DNA from: an uncultured Gemmatimonadales bacterium
GTDB lineage: Bacteria; Gemmatimonadota; Gemmatimonadetes; Longimicrobiales; Gaopeijiaceae
NCBI GenBank assembly: GCA_963823035.1
Contig: CAWGKG010000018.1
Span: 384,001 to 448,000, forward strand
Length of the DNA: 64,000 nt
Reading direction: 5' to 3'
Positions 11,381 through 20,412 of this stretch are shown here, piece by piece. Numbering within the stretch: position 1 is the stretch's first letter; every line of letters begins with the position of its first letter. The notes beneath the pieces are model-generated. The model was not told where the DNA came from and searched no databases. It saw nothing but the letters and a program-made list of their open reading frames with translations. Position numbers and translations under genes: made by a program.

Positions 11381-12571
11381 TCAGCCCGCGCCGCGGCTCG
11401 TGCCTGCCCGCGGCGCGATCGGCACGGTGATGCGTTGCCCGATCTGCAGGAACCGCGGCTTGATCTTCGGATTGGCCGCCTTCAGGTCGTCGAGCCGCAC
11501 GCCGTAGCGCCGCGCGATGTGCGACAGCGTCTCGCCGCGCGCCACGCGGTGCTCCACGAACGTCACGCGGTCGCTCGGCGGGATCTTGGCGTAGGCCTCC
11601 GCGAACACCGCGCCGGTGCCGGGCGGGACGCGCAGCGTGGTCTTCCGTCCCGGCGGCGTGATCCCGCGCACGACCTCCGGGTTCAGGCGCTCGATCTCGA
11701 CCTGCGAGGCCCCGGCGGCCTGCGCGACCACGTCCAGCGTCGTCGCGTCCGGCACCACCACGTCGTCGAAGTCGAAGCCCTCGATCCCGTCCGCGACCTG
11801 GATGCCGTGGGCGCCCGGATCGCGCGCCACCTCGACCGCCGCGAGGAACTTCGGTACGAAGTCGCGCGTCTCGCGGGGGAGACGGCCCCGGATCGCCCAG
11901 TACAAGGAGTCCGAGCGGGGTGCCAGGGGAGCGTAGCGATCGAGCACCCGCTGGACGCGGTACGGACCCGAGTTGTACGCCGCGAGCGCGAGGAACCAGG
12001 ATCCGAAGCGGTCGCGCAGCTGCACGAGGTAGTCGCCCGCGGCGGCCGTCGACTTGAAGGGGTCGCGCCGCTCGTCCAGGAGCGGCCCGACCCACATCCC
12101 GAAGCCACGCGCCGTGGGCGCCATGAACTGCCACAGGCCCACGGCGCTCACGCGGCTCACCGCGCGCGGGCTGTAGCCGCTCTCGACGATCGGCAGGTAG
12201 CGCAGCGACGCCGGCAGCTCCCGGTTCGCCAACACGGAATCGACGGCGGGCGAGAACCACGCCATGCGCTCGAGGTAGTCCGGCAACCATCGGGCGCCCG
12301 GACCCCGCCAGAACGTCACCCACCGATCCACCTCGCGCCGGAAGTCCGGGTCGCGGGTCATCGGTGAGGAGAGGATCTCGTCACGCACCACGGCCCCCGG
12401 CTCCGCGAAGACCACCTCGGCCCATTCCATCGGGTCCGTATAGGTCTCCGGCTCCACCACGGGCGGAGGGATCGGAGGTGGCGGGTGCGGCGTGCGCACG
12501 CCGCACCCGGACGCGCCCACGACGGCGAGGAGCAGCAGCGTCCGCCGCATCGTGGGCACCGGGTACGTCAT
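11381..12571 (-). CDS. MltD-like lytic transglycosylase lipoprotein with LysM domains
   Basis: Lipobox GASGC. SLT motifs IVES, AVGLWQFM, LAAYNSG, ETRDFVPK. C-terminal LysM (HRVARGETLSHIARRYGV). Confidence 0.9.
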   Translation of the reverse strand: MTYPVPTMRRTLLLLAVVGASGCGVRTPHPPPPIPPPVVEPETYTDPMEWAEVVFAEPGAVVRDEILSSPMTRDPDFRREVDRWVTFWRGPGARWLPDYLERMAWFSPAVDSVLANRELPASLRYLPIVESGYSPRAVSRVSAVGLWQFMAPTARGFGMWVGPLLDERRDPFKSTAAAGDYLVQLRDRFGSWFLALAAYNSGPYRVQRVLDRYAPLAPRSDSLYWAIRGRLPRETRDFVPKFLAAVEVARDPGAHGIQVADGIEGFDFDDVVVPDATTLDVVAQAAGASQVEIERLNPEVVRGITPPGRKTTLRVPPGTGAVFAEAYAKIPPSDRVTFVEHRVARGETLSHIARRYGVRLDDLKAANPKIKPRFLQIGQRITVPIAPRAGTSRGAG

Positions 12572-12579
12572 CCTTGCGG

Positions 12580-13695
12580 CTAGTCCAGGAGCGCGTCGAT
12601 CGCGGCCAGCAGCCGTTCGACGCTCTCCGAGGTGGCGCCCGCGCCCATGAGGCCGACGCGCCAGATCTTCCCCTTGGCCGGACCGAGCCCTCCCCCCACC
12701 TCGATGTCGAAGCGCTCGAGCAGCGCCCGTCGCAGCGGCGCCTCCTCGGCCCCGCCGGGCAGCGCGGCCGAGGTCAGCTGCGGAAGGCGGTGCCCCTCCT
12801 GCGCGAAGAGCCGGAAGCCGCGCGCGACGAGGGCTTCCTGGAGCTGACGCCCGACGGCTTCGTGACGGGCGAAGCGCGCCTCGAGCCCCTCCTCCTCGAC
12901 GATCACGAGACCCTCGTGCAGCGCGTACATCATGTTGATGGGCGCCGTGTGGTGGTACTTCCGCTCGGATCCCTCCCCCACGTAGTCCGCGAGGAGCGCC
13001 GCGTCCAGGTACCAGCTCTGACAGGGGTGCTGGCGCGTCCGGATGCGCTCGACCGCGCGGGGCGAGAAGGTCAGCGGCGCGAGGCCGGGGGGAACGCCCA
13101 GGCACTTCTGCGTGCCCGAGTAGCACACGTCCACGTGGTTGGCATCGACCTCCACGGGGACGCCGGCGAGCGACGTCACGGTGTCCACCACGAAGAGCGT
13201 CTCCGTGCCGGCGAGGTAGCCACCGATCTCGCCGAGGGGCTGGCGCACCCCCGTCGAGGTCTCCGCATGCACCACCGCGAGCAGGCGCGCCCCGGGGTGT
13301 GCGCGATGCGTCTCGATCATGCGCTGGGGGTCGAGGATCTTCCCCCACTCCTCCTCCACGACGACGACCCGGCACCCCATGCGCCGGGCCATCTCCGCCA
13401 GGCGGCCCCCGAACACCCCATTGACCCCGATGATCACCTCGTCCCCGGGCTCCACCAGGTTGGCCAGCGAGGCCTCCTGTGCGGCCGACCCCGTGCCGGA
13501 CACCGGGAAGGTGAGGGCGTTCGACGTGCCGAAGACACGACGGAGGCGCGCGTTCACGTCGTCCATCACGGCCAGGAACTGCGGGTCGAGGTGGCCGATG
13601 GTGGGGCGAGCGAGCGCTTCGAGGATCCGGGGGTGGACCGGCGACGGGCCGGGGCCCAGAAGGAGTCGCGGACGGATGGGGAAGGGGTTGCTCAT
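12580..13695 (-). CDS. Alanine-glyoxylate / serine-pyruvate aminotransferase (class V PLP enzyme)
   Basis: LLLGPGPS, SGTGS, HAETSTG, VDTVTS, SGTQK (PLP lysine), YHHT, WRVGLMG. Confidence 0.92.
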   Translation of the reverse strand: MSNPFPIRPRLLLGPGPSPVHPRILEALARPTIGHLDPQFLAVMDDVNARLRRVFGTSNALTFPVSGTGSAAQEASLANLVEPGDEVIIGVNGVFGGRLAEMARRMGCRVVVVEEEWGKILDPQRMIETHRAHPGARLLAVVHAETSTGVRQPLGEIGGYLAGTETLFVVDTVTSLAGVPVEVDANHVDVCYSGTQKCLGVPPGLAPLTFSPRAVERIRTRQHPCQSWYLDAALLADYVGEGSERKYHHTAPINMMYALHEGLVIVEEEGLEARFARHEAVGRQLQEALVARGFRLFAQEGHRLPQLTSAALPGGAEEAPLRRALLERFDIEVGGGLGPAKGKIWRVGLMGAGATSESVERLLAAIDALLD

Positions 13696-13792
13696 GCGTA
13701 TCTCCATGATCGGCGCGCGCACGCGCCCTGGACAAGCTGTTTCTTCGATGGGAATTCCCGGCGGTGCGGATGCCCGGCCTTCCGGGCGTCCG

Positions 13793-15280
13793 TTACATCC
13801 GGTAGTTGGGCGCCTCGCGCGTGATCGTCACGTCGTGCGGATGCGACTCGCGCAGCCCGCCCATCGTGACGCGCACGAACCGCGCGCCCGCGCGTAGCTC
13901 CGCCAGCGAGCCGGCGCCGCAGTAGCCCATGCCGCTGCGCAGCCCGCCGACGAGCTGGTAGATGGTGTCGGACACCGGTCCCTTGTAGGGGATCCGCGCT
14001 TCGATCCCCTCGGGCACGAGCTTGCGGCCGTCCTTCTGGTCCTCCTGGAAGTAGCGGTCCGCCGAGCCCTCCTCCATCGCCGAGAGAGAGCCCATGCCGC
14101 GCACCGTCTTGAAGCGGCGGCCTTCGAGGAGGAAGCTCTCTCCGGGCGACTCGTCCGTGCCGGCGAACATCGAGCCCATCATCACCGACTCGGCTCCCGC
14201 GGCCAACGCCTTGACGATGTCACCGGAATAGCGGATGCCGCCGTCCGCGATGATGGGCACGTCCGCGCCCACGCCGTCCACCGCGTCCATGATCGCGGTG
14301 AGCTGCGGGAGGCCCACCCCCGTGACGACGCGGGTCGTGCAGATCGACCCCGGCCCCACACCCACCTTCACGGCGTCCGCGCCCCGCTCCACGAGCGCGC
14401 GGGCCGCCTCGGCCGTGCCGACGTTACCACCGACCAGCTCGACGTCCGGGAAGCGCTCACGCACCCGGGCCAGCGCCTGCAGAACGGCCTCCGAGTGCCC
14501 GTGCGCCGTGTCCACCACGATCACGTCCGCCCCGGCTTCCACCAGGAGCGCGGCGCGCTCCAGGTCCCGCGGGCCTGCGCCGATGGCCGCGCCGACACGC
14601 AGCCGTCCGTGCTCGTCCTTGCAGGCATTGGGGTACTGCTGGCGCTTGAAGATGTCCTTCACCGTGATGAGGCCGCGCAGGTTCCCCTCCTCGTCCACCA
14701 CCGGCAACTTCTCGATGCGGTGCTCGTGGAGGATGACGGTGGCCTGGTCGAGCGTCGTCCCGACCGGGACCGTGACCAGCTTCTCGGACGTCATCACCCC
14801 GCGGATCGGCTGGTCGAGCTCCACCTCGAACTGCAGGTCGCGGTTCGTGACGATCCCCACGAGACGGCCGCCGTTCTCGACGATCGGCACGCCGCTGATC
14901 GAGAAGCGCGCCATGAGCTGGTGGGCGTCGCGCAGCGTCGCGTCGGGTGGGAGGGTGATCGGGTTCAGGATCATCCCGCTCTCGGAGCGCTTGACCCGGT
15001 CCACTTCCTCCGCCTGACGCTCCGGCGTGAGGTTCTTGTGGACGATCCCCATCCCCCCTTCCCTCGCCATCTGGATGGCCATCCGCGACTCGGTCACGGT
15101 GTCCATGGCGGCCGCGAGGAGCGGCACATGCAGGGTGATCCGCCGTGTCAGGCGGGAGGAGACGTCGGTGTCCTTCGGGTGGACCAACGAGTGGTTGGGC
15201 ACCAGGAGCACGTCGTCGAAGGTGAGCCCTTCCTTGACGATGGTTTCCCGGCGTTCGGAACCGTCACCCATCGGAGGCAT
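13793..15280 (-). CDS. guaB: IMP dehydrogenase with CBS pair
   Basis: [14 protein letters not shown], catalytic [26 protein letters not shown]. Confidence 0.98.
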   Translation of the reverse strand: MPPMGDGSERRETIVKEGLTFDDVLLVPNHSLVHPKDTDVSSRLTRRITLHVPLLAAAMDTVTESRMAIQMAREGGMGIVHKNLTPERQAEEVDRVKRSESGMILNPITLPPDATLRDAHQLMARFSISGVPIVENGGRLVGIVTNRDLQFEVELDQPIRGVMTSEKLVTVPVGTTLDQATVILHEHRIEKLPVVDEEGNLRGLITVKDIFKRQQYPNACKDEHGRLRVGAAIGAGPRDLERAALLVEAGADVIVVDTAHGHSEAVLQALARVRERFPDVELVGGNVGTAEAARALVERGADAVKVGVGPGSICTTRVVTGVGLPQLTAIMDAVDGVGADVPIIADGGIRYSGDIVKALAAGAESVMMGSMFAGTDESPGESFLLEGRRFKTVRGMGSLSAMEEGSADRYFQEDQKDGRKLVPEGIEARIPYKGPVSDTIYQLVGGLRSGMGYCGAGSLAELRAGARFVRVTMGGLRESHPHDVTITREAPNYRM

Positions 15281-15321
15281 GTCCGGTTGAAGCGTGTGTG
15301 GGGGTCAGAAAGCCGCGCGCC

Positions 15322-15345
15322 CGCCCCTCGGGGCCCCGAGGGGCG
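15322..15345. repeat. Perfect 24-bp GC palindrome (CGCCCCTCGGGG/CCCCGAGGGGCG) upstream of guaB; possible terminator or leader hairpin
   Basis: Exact self-complementarity read from the sequence. On the minus strand it is followed about 10 nt later by CTTTCT. Confidence 0.45.
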
Positions 15346-15442
15346 TCGGAGGGCGGGCGCTGGCCCACTCGCGCGAGCGGCGACTCTTGGCATGGGTGAG
15401 GATATCCGAAGGGCCCCGGAGCGTCAACGGGCGCCCCGGGCC

Positions 15443-15835
15443 TCACCCCTGGGTGTCGTCGCCGCCCTCCGGCGGGCTCCCCGGACCGACCCTTCCACCC
15501 TTCGCAGGCGCCTTCCCGGAGCCCTCCGAAGGGCCCTCGAACGCCTCCCCCAGCTCGGACAGGATCTGCTTCCCCGCCGAGGACACGCCCGAGAGGACGC
15601 GATCCGCCGCGGAGATCAGCTGGAAGGCCTCGCGGATGGTCGAGGGATTCACCGCCTTGCGCCGCAGTCTGTCCTGGAGGTTCTCCGCGAACTTCTGCAG
15701 CCCCGTCACCTCCACCGGCCCGGCGGGCGAGTACTTCGACTCGAGGAACTCGATGAAGTCGAGCACCTGGTAGATCTGCTCGTCGGGGAGGCTCTCGATC
15801 TTGCGGAGCAGCTGCTGGCGGAGGACGTCGTGCAT
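15443..15835 (-). CDS. Small hypothetical protein; N-terminus resembles DUF2281-type helical domains
   Basis: Clean ORF with typical codon bias. N-terminus LLRKIESLPDEQIYQVLDFIEFLESK. Confidence 0.7.
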   Translation of the reverse strand: MHDVLRQQLLRKIESLPDEQIYQVLDFIEFLESKYSPAGPVEVTGLQKFAENLQDRLRRKAVNPSTIREAFQLISAADRVLSGVSSAGKQILSELGEAFEGPSEGSGKAPAKGGRVGPGSPPEGGDDTQG

Positions 15836-16027
15836 GGCGCGTCACGGAGGGAAGGAGTCACGGCCCCTGGGGGACCCGATGGGGTAGTGTACCACCGACA
15901 GGCGCTCCGGCGCAGGCCCGTGCCGGGTGCCCAACCCCTCCAACGGGCTTTGCCCGGGGGTGAAAAGCGCATAACGTGAGCCGCGCCCGACGCGACTGGA
16001 CCCTCTACACGCACGATCGGACCCCCC

Positions 16028-16852
16028 ATGCCCTTCCTTCCACTCCGCGCGGTTCCGGTGGCCGACGAGGCCTCGGCGCTCTACGGGGACTGGCTGTCCA
16101 GGCTGGACGAGGAGCTGAGCCGTCCCGACTGCGACCGCAACGATCTGACGCGGCGCATCCTGACGGACCTCTACTACCCGCAGTATGCGGACGCCGACCC
16201 CGCCTCGATCCCGCCGACCTTGCGGGTGGCGCTGGCGCACATGGACCCGCGCAGCGTCACCCTGGAGCCCGAGTACTACCAGGAGACGGACGTCGAGCGC
16301 TACGCGGCCGTCAAGCCGCTCCTCTGGCTGTGGGAGATGTTCGACAAGAGCCCCCTCGGCGAGAACGTCGAGCTGGGCATCCGCTTCCGGCGCATCCTCG
16401 CGAAGCGGATCTTCAAGCGCTGCGGCAAGAACTTCAAGGCATTCGCCTTCGTGCGCGTCTCTTTCGGGTACAACCTCGAGGTGGGCGACGACGTGGTAAT
16501 CCACCGGCACGTCCTCCTCGACGACCGGGGCGGCATCGAGATCGGCGACGGCGCTTCGGTGTCGGACTTTGCGAACGTGTACTCGCACACGCACGACATC
16601 GTCGACGGCCGCATCGTCTTCACGCCGAGGACCGTGATCGGCAAGGGCGTGCGCATCACCTACCACGCGACGATCCTCGCCGGGACGCACGTCGCGGACG
16701 ACTCGATGGTGGGCGCGGGCTCGATCCTCACGAAGGACACCCGGCCGCACTGGGTGTTCGTGGGCATCCCGTCGCGTCCGGTCAAGGAGAAGCCCGCCGA
16801 GGAGCGCGCCCGCAAGGCGCCGCCCACCCGGGACCCCTTCGCGGAGGACTGA
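16028..16852 (+). CDS. Hexapeptide-repeat (left-handed beta-helix) acyltransferase
   Basis: Hexapeptide repeats (LEVGDDVVI, IEIGDGASV, VIGKGVRI, VADDSMVGAGS) and GIPSR tail. Confidence 0.88.
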   Translation: MPFLPLRAVPVADEASALYGDWLSRLDEELSRPDCDRNDLTRRILTDLYYPQYADADPASIPPTLRVALAHMDPRSVTLEPEYYQETDVERYAAVKPLLWLWEMFDKSPLGENVELGIRFRRILAKRIFKRCGKNFKAFAFVRVSFGYNLEVGDDVVIHRHVLLDDRGGIEIGDGASVSDFANVYSHTHDIVDGRIVFTPRTVIGKGVRITYHATILAGTHVADDSMVGAGSILTKDTRPHWVFVGIPSRPVKEKPAEERARKAPPTRDPFAED

Positions 16853-16917
16853 GACCGCGAGGTTCGGCTGCGGCACGTCGCCGGCGGGAACGGGCCCGCG
16901 GGGAATCGCGAGCTTCC

Positions 16918-18417
16918 CTACGCGTTCCCCAGGCTGAAGGTCGTGGGCAGGCCCACGCGCGGAATGACCAACTTGACGAAGTGCGTGCAGTGCCGCTTCA
17001 GCCACCGGTTCTCCGGGGATTCACGCTCGTGCAGTTGCACCAGCCCGTGGCGGGCGTCGCTCCTGCGGGAGAAATAGCTGATCCGATCCCCCGGGTCCTC
17101 GGCAGTCACGGTGAACGCCAGCTCGACGAGCTTTGACGAGGGCACGTGGTCGTAGAACCCTCCGTCACGCATCAGGTCGAAGCGGTCCATGAACATGCAC
17201 ACGTTGGCGGGATCACGTCGGTGCCTGTGCACGTCCGCCAGCACCTCCCGGTGGAAGAACACGCTCTCGTCGGGGAGCGCCGACCGAAGCGAGAAGATCC
17301 CCCCCTTCGACTTCTGGGGCATGAAGGCCACGAAGTAGTCGGTCACCGCCACGCCGAACTCGTCGACCGCGCGCACGAACACCTGGTAGTGCTCGTGGAA
17401 ATACTGCTCGTCCGCCCCCTTCGTCCTGAAGAAGCGGTCGCGGTGCGCCTGCGCGTCCTTCGACGTGCCGGCGAACGTGCGCGTGTCCCCCGTGATCGCG
17501 TCCCACGCCTCGCCGACCGCCTTGTATTCGGCCGGCGTCCCGGTGCGTAGCGCCTGGAGGATCAGCTCGCCGAGCCGCGCCTGCGCGGCGGGGACCTTCG
17601 AGTATCCCTCCTCGTCCGGGCGCGTGACGGAGCCGTGGTCGCGGTCCGGCAGCACGGCCAACGGGAAAGACACGTCCGTCCCGAGCCGCGCGGGCCACGG
17701 CGTGATCGTGGGGTGGGTCAGCCCGTCGTCCCCGGCGCTGAAGTCCACCGTGATCCCGTGCGTGTTCAGATTGGCCGCCGCCACCCGGACCGTGCCGTCG
17801 GAGCCGTTCTCGTTGGTGAGCTGGGTGACCACCTTGTCGTACGGATGGGTTCCGACGATCACGAAGGGCCGGATCCGCTCGGGGCCGTAGAACGGCTGCC
17901 GCGCGGGCCGGCCCGGCTCGTCGAAGAGGTCGGAGTGCGCCAGGTCCCAGAGGAAGGGGGAGCCGAGCTCCAGGGCGTGGAGCATCTCCTCCCCGGTCTC
18001 GAAGCCGGTCTTCCACCCCTTGACCACGCGTCCGAGCAGCGACCGTCCCTTGTGCGCCAGCACGGAGCCGAAGTTGGCGGGCGCCAGCATGACGAGGTTC
18101 ACCACCGGGCAGGGTCGGCCGTCGTAGTAGCGTGCGATCCACCGCCTGGCCACCAGCCCCCCCGTGCTGTGCACCAGGAGGTGGAAGCGTGGCCCCAGCT
18201 TCTCCGGCACGCCGTCCGGGAGGGCGAGCCGCTCGGCGATCACCTCCTCCATTCGCTTGGTGATGTCGTCGATCGTCACGTCGTCACGGAGCGAGATGTA
18301 ATCTCCCAGGAACATGGGCACGGCGTCGAAGCCCGCCTGGCGCAGGAAGTGCGCGAGCGGCTCGAACGACTTCGAGCTGTCGCTCCATCCGTGCAGGATC
18401 ACGACCTGTTCGGCCAT
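16918..18417 (-). CDS. Alpha/beta hydrolase (lipase/PGAP1-like)
   Basis: N-terminal ILHGWS, nucleophile elbow VHSTGG, LAPANFGS, SDGTV, and a downstream His (DHGS). Confidence 0.85.
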   Translation of the reverse strand: MAEQVVILHGWSDSSKSFEPLAHFLRQAGFDAVPMFLGDYISLRDDVTIDDITKRMEEVIAERLALPDGVPEKLGPRFHLLVHSTGGLVARRWIARYYDGRPCPVVNLVMLAPANFGSVLAHKGRSLLGRVVKGWKTGFETGEEMLHALELGSPFLWDLAHSDLFDEPGRPARQPFYGPERIRPFVIVGTHPYDKVVTQLTNENGSDGTVRVAAANLNTHGITVDFSAGDDGLTHPTITPWPARLGTDVSFPLAVLPDRDHGSVTRPDEEGYSKVPAAQARLGELILQALRTGTPAEYKAVGEAWDAITGDTRTFAGTSKDAQAHRDRFFRTKGADEQYFHEHYQVFVRAVDEFGVAVTDYFVAFMPQKSKGGIFSLRSALPDESVFFHREVLADVHRHRRDPANVCMFMDRFDLMRDGGFYDHVPSSKLVELAFTVTAEDPGDRISYFSRRSDARHGLVQLHERESPENRWLKRHCTHFVKLVIPRVGLPTTFSLGNA

Positions 18418-18443
18418 GGCGGAACCTCTCCTTGAGCGCCTAG

Positions 18444-18998
18444 CTAGCGCGCGAAGACGTCGAGGAGGAACTGGAGGGAGATCCCCATGCCGGCGAACCA
18501 GCGGAGGCCCAGGTCGTGCTCCATCCAGAGCGCGCCCGCCCGCAGGTCGAGGATGGCCAGCTTGGCCGTCAACGCCGGCCCGATCGCCGCCGGTTCCAGG
18601 TTCGCGTACGCGACCACGCCCACCTGGTCGACCAGGGAGCCCGTGCGCCGGAGCAGCCCGAGGTACCCGTCCGCGGAGAAGGAGTCCTTGTCCCCCCGGT
18701 GGCCCGCGATGGACACCCCGAGCCCCGCGCCGAAGCCGACGAGCCAGGGCGAGACCTCGGACGAGATCTCCTGCCCCGGGGCGGGCAGGCCCCCCGCATC
18801 ACCGAGGGGGATGGCCCAACCCACCCCGATCGACGCGGTGGTGGCCACGCCGTCCAGGCGGGCGGCCTGGAGCGAGACCGTGCCCATCTGTGCGCGCACG
18901 GGGGCGGCGGAAAAGGCCGGGAGGGTCAACAGAAGGGCCATCACTCCGGCGAACGGTGCGCGGGAGCGGATGGGGACCGGCGGGCGGCGTGGCGTCAT
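18444..18998 (-). CDS. Secreted hypothetical protein, possibly a small outer-membrane beta-barrel
   Basis: Signal peptide ending ...APVRA-Q, and alternating hydrophobic beta-strand segments. Confidence 0.6.
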   Translation of the reverse strand: MTPRRPPVPIRSRAPFAGVMALLLTLPAFSAAPVRAQMGTVSLQAARLDGVATTASIGVGWAIPLGDAGGLPAPGQEISSEVSPWLVGFGAGLGVSIAGHRGDKDSFSADGYLGLLRRTGSLVDQVGVVAYANLEPAAIGPALTAKLAILDLRAGALWMEHDLGLRWFAGMGISLQFLLDVFAR

Positions 18999-19029
18999 GG
19001 TTCCTCGGGAAGGGTCGGTGCGACGGGGC

Positions 19030-20094
19030 CTACCCGGCCGGCAGTGGCGGGAGGGGCTGCTTGAAGAACGTCCCGATCAGCTTCTGGACCTGCGGGTCGA
19101 CGCACAGCATGGCGTGCGGCTGCACGTTGCCCTCGAAGATGCGCCGGCGGTCGTGCACCGGGGGGCCGATCATGCCCTGGGTGATCTTCTCGGGCACCAG
19201 GGAGTCGCCCTTCTGATTCCGGTACTCGGGGACGAACAGGCCGGCGCGCCTCGGCACGGAGATCGGCGTCATCTGGCGCTTGCCCATCACCACGAGCGTG
19301 TCCACGCCCGGCACCATGTGCGAGAAGGGACCGGTGAGCAGCGCCTGGGTCTCGCGAGCCCGCTGCAGGAGATCGCTGGAGATACCGCCCGGCACGTCCA
19401 GGAGGTCGGGCCATCCCCCGGGCATGTTGAACTGCTCTTCGTTGTCGAGGGGCTGGCCGTCCTCGTCCACCGCCGAAGCCCACGCCGGCAGCATCTGGTA
19501 GAGCGCCGGCCAGGTGCGCGCTGCGGCCAGGATCCCCGGGAGGTTCTTCTCGCCCAGGTCCTCGCGCCCGAAGAGGATCGCCTCGAGGGCGCGCACGGTT
19601 CCCGCGATCGGCCCGCCGACCAGCACCACCCGACCCACCCGCTCCGCGAACCACCGGGGGCTCACGGCCAGCTTGCTCGCCAGGACGATGATGAGCGCGC
19701 CCTGCGAGTGCCCGATGAGGTTGAAGCGCGTGTCGTCCGCGCGCTCTGCCTCGAGGTACTGGAGCAGCTTGTACGCATTGTACCGGAGATCCGCGCGCCA
19801 ATCGTAGCGCCACCAGTCCGTCACGGGGAGCCCGTCGTAGGGCGTACGCAGGACGTCCCCTTTGACCACGTGGACGCCGTCCTCCAGGGAGGTGAGCTCC
19901 GGCTTGAGCTTGCCGGGCGTGTGCTTCATGCCCAGGAGCATCCCGACCCCCTCCGGGTCGCGGTCACCCAGATCGCCCCTCCCGATGACGAGCTGCACCC
20001 GGACGGCATTGTAGACGACGTTGCCCTCGTGATCGCGCAGGCTCGTGGCCTGCGTGCCGGGAACGAGGAGGGTTCGCTGGCGCTTGGGCGGCAT
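19030..20094 (-). CDS. Lipase / LCAT-like acyltransferase (alpha/beta hydrolase)
   Basis: LLVPGTQAT, YDWR, GHSQG nucleophile, GDSLVP and C-terminal His (PHA). ATG at 20094. Confidence 0.85.
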   Translation of the reverse strand: MPPKRQRTLLVPGTQATSLRDHEGNVVYNAVRVQLVIGRGDLGDRDPEGVGMLLGMKHTPGKLKPELTSLEDGVHVVKGDVLRTPYDGLPVTDWWRYDWRADLRYNAYKLLQYLEAERADDTRFNLIGHSQGALIIVLASKLAVSPRWFAERVGRVVLVGGPIAGTVRALEAILFGREDLGEKNLPGILAAARTWPALYQMLPAWASAVDEDGQPLDNEEQFNMPGGWPDLLDVPGGISSDLLQRARETQALLTGPFSHMVPGVDTLVVMGKRQMTPISVPRRAGLFVPEYRNQKGDSLVPEKITQGMIGPPVHDRRRIFEGNVQPHAMLCVDPQVQKLIGTFFKQPLPPLPAG

Positions 20095-20315
20095 GGTCAC
20101 TCCGGAGCAGGTGCACGACGCGCGCGCCCCAGGGCGGGCGGGCGGGTCCGGCGCGACCTCGAAGAGCCCGGGTTCCCGAACGGGAGACCGAACTCCCACG
20201 GCACCGCGTCGCTCTGATCGGGGCGCGGGCGAAGGACGCCCAGCAGTTATGCGCGCTGGCGTGGAAAGCGTCAAGAGCGCCGTGGTCCGGGTGTGACAGG
20301 TAACCGGAATCGTTC

Positions 20316-20368
20316 TTGACACCAGCCGCACCGCAGCCGAATAGTGTGGCCTCGGTTTCCGAGGAAAC
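20316..20368 (+). promoter_or_regulatory. Putative sigma70-type promoter (TTGACA-N18-AATAGT) with a downstream short inverted repeat GTTTCC-GA-GGAAAC, upstream of the heme-peroxidase operon
   Basis: TTGACA at 20316-20321, AATAGT at 20340-20345, inverted repeat at 20355-20368. Confidence 0.4.
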
Positions 20369-20412
20369 TCCTACCGGTGTGGCCGCCCCCCCACGGACCA
20401 CCAGGGGGCTCG

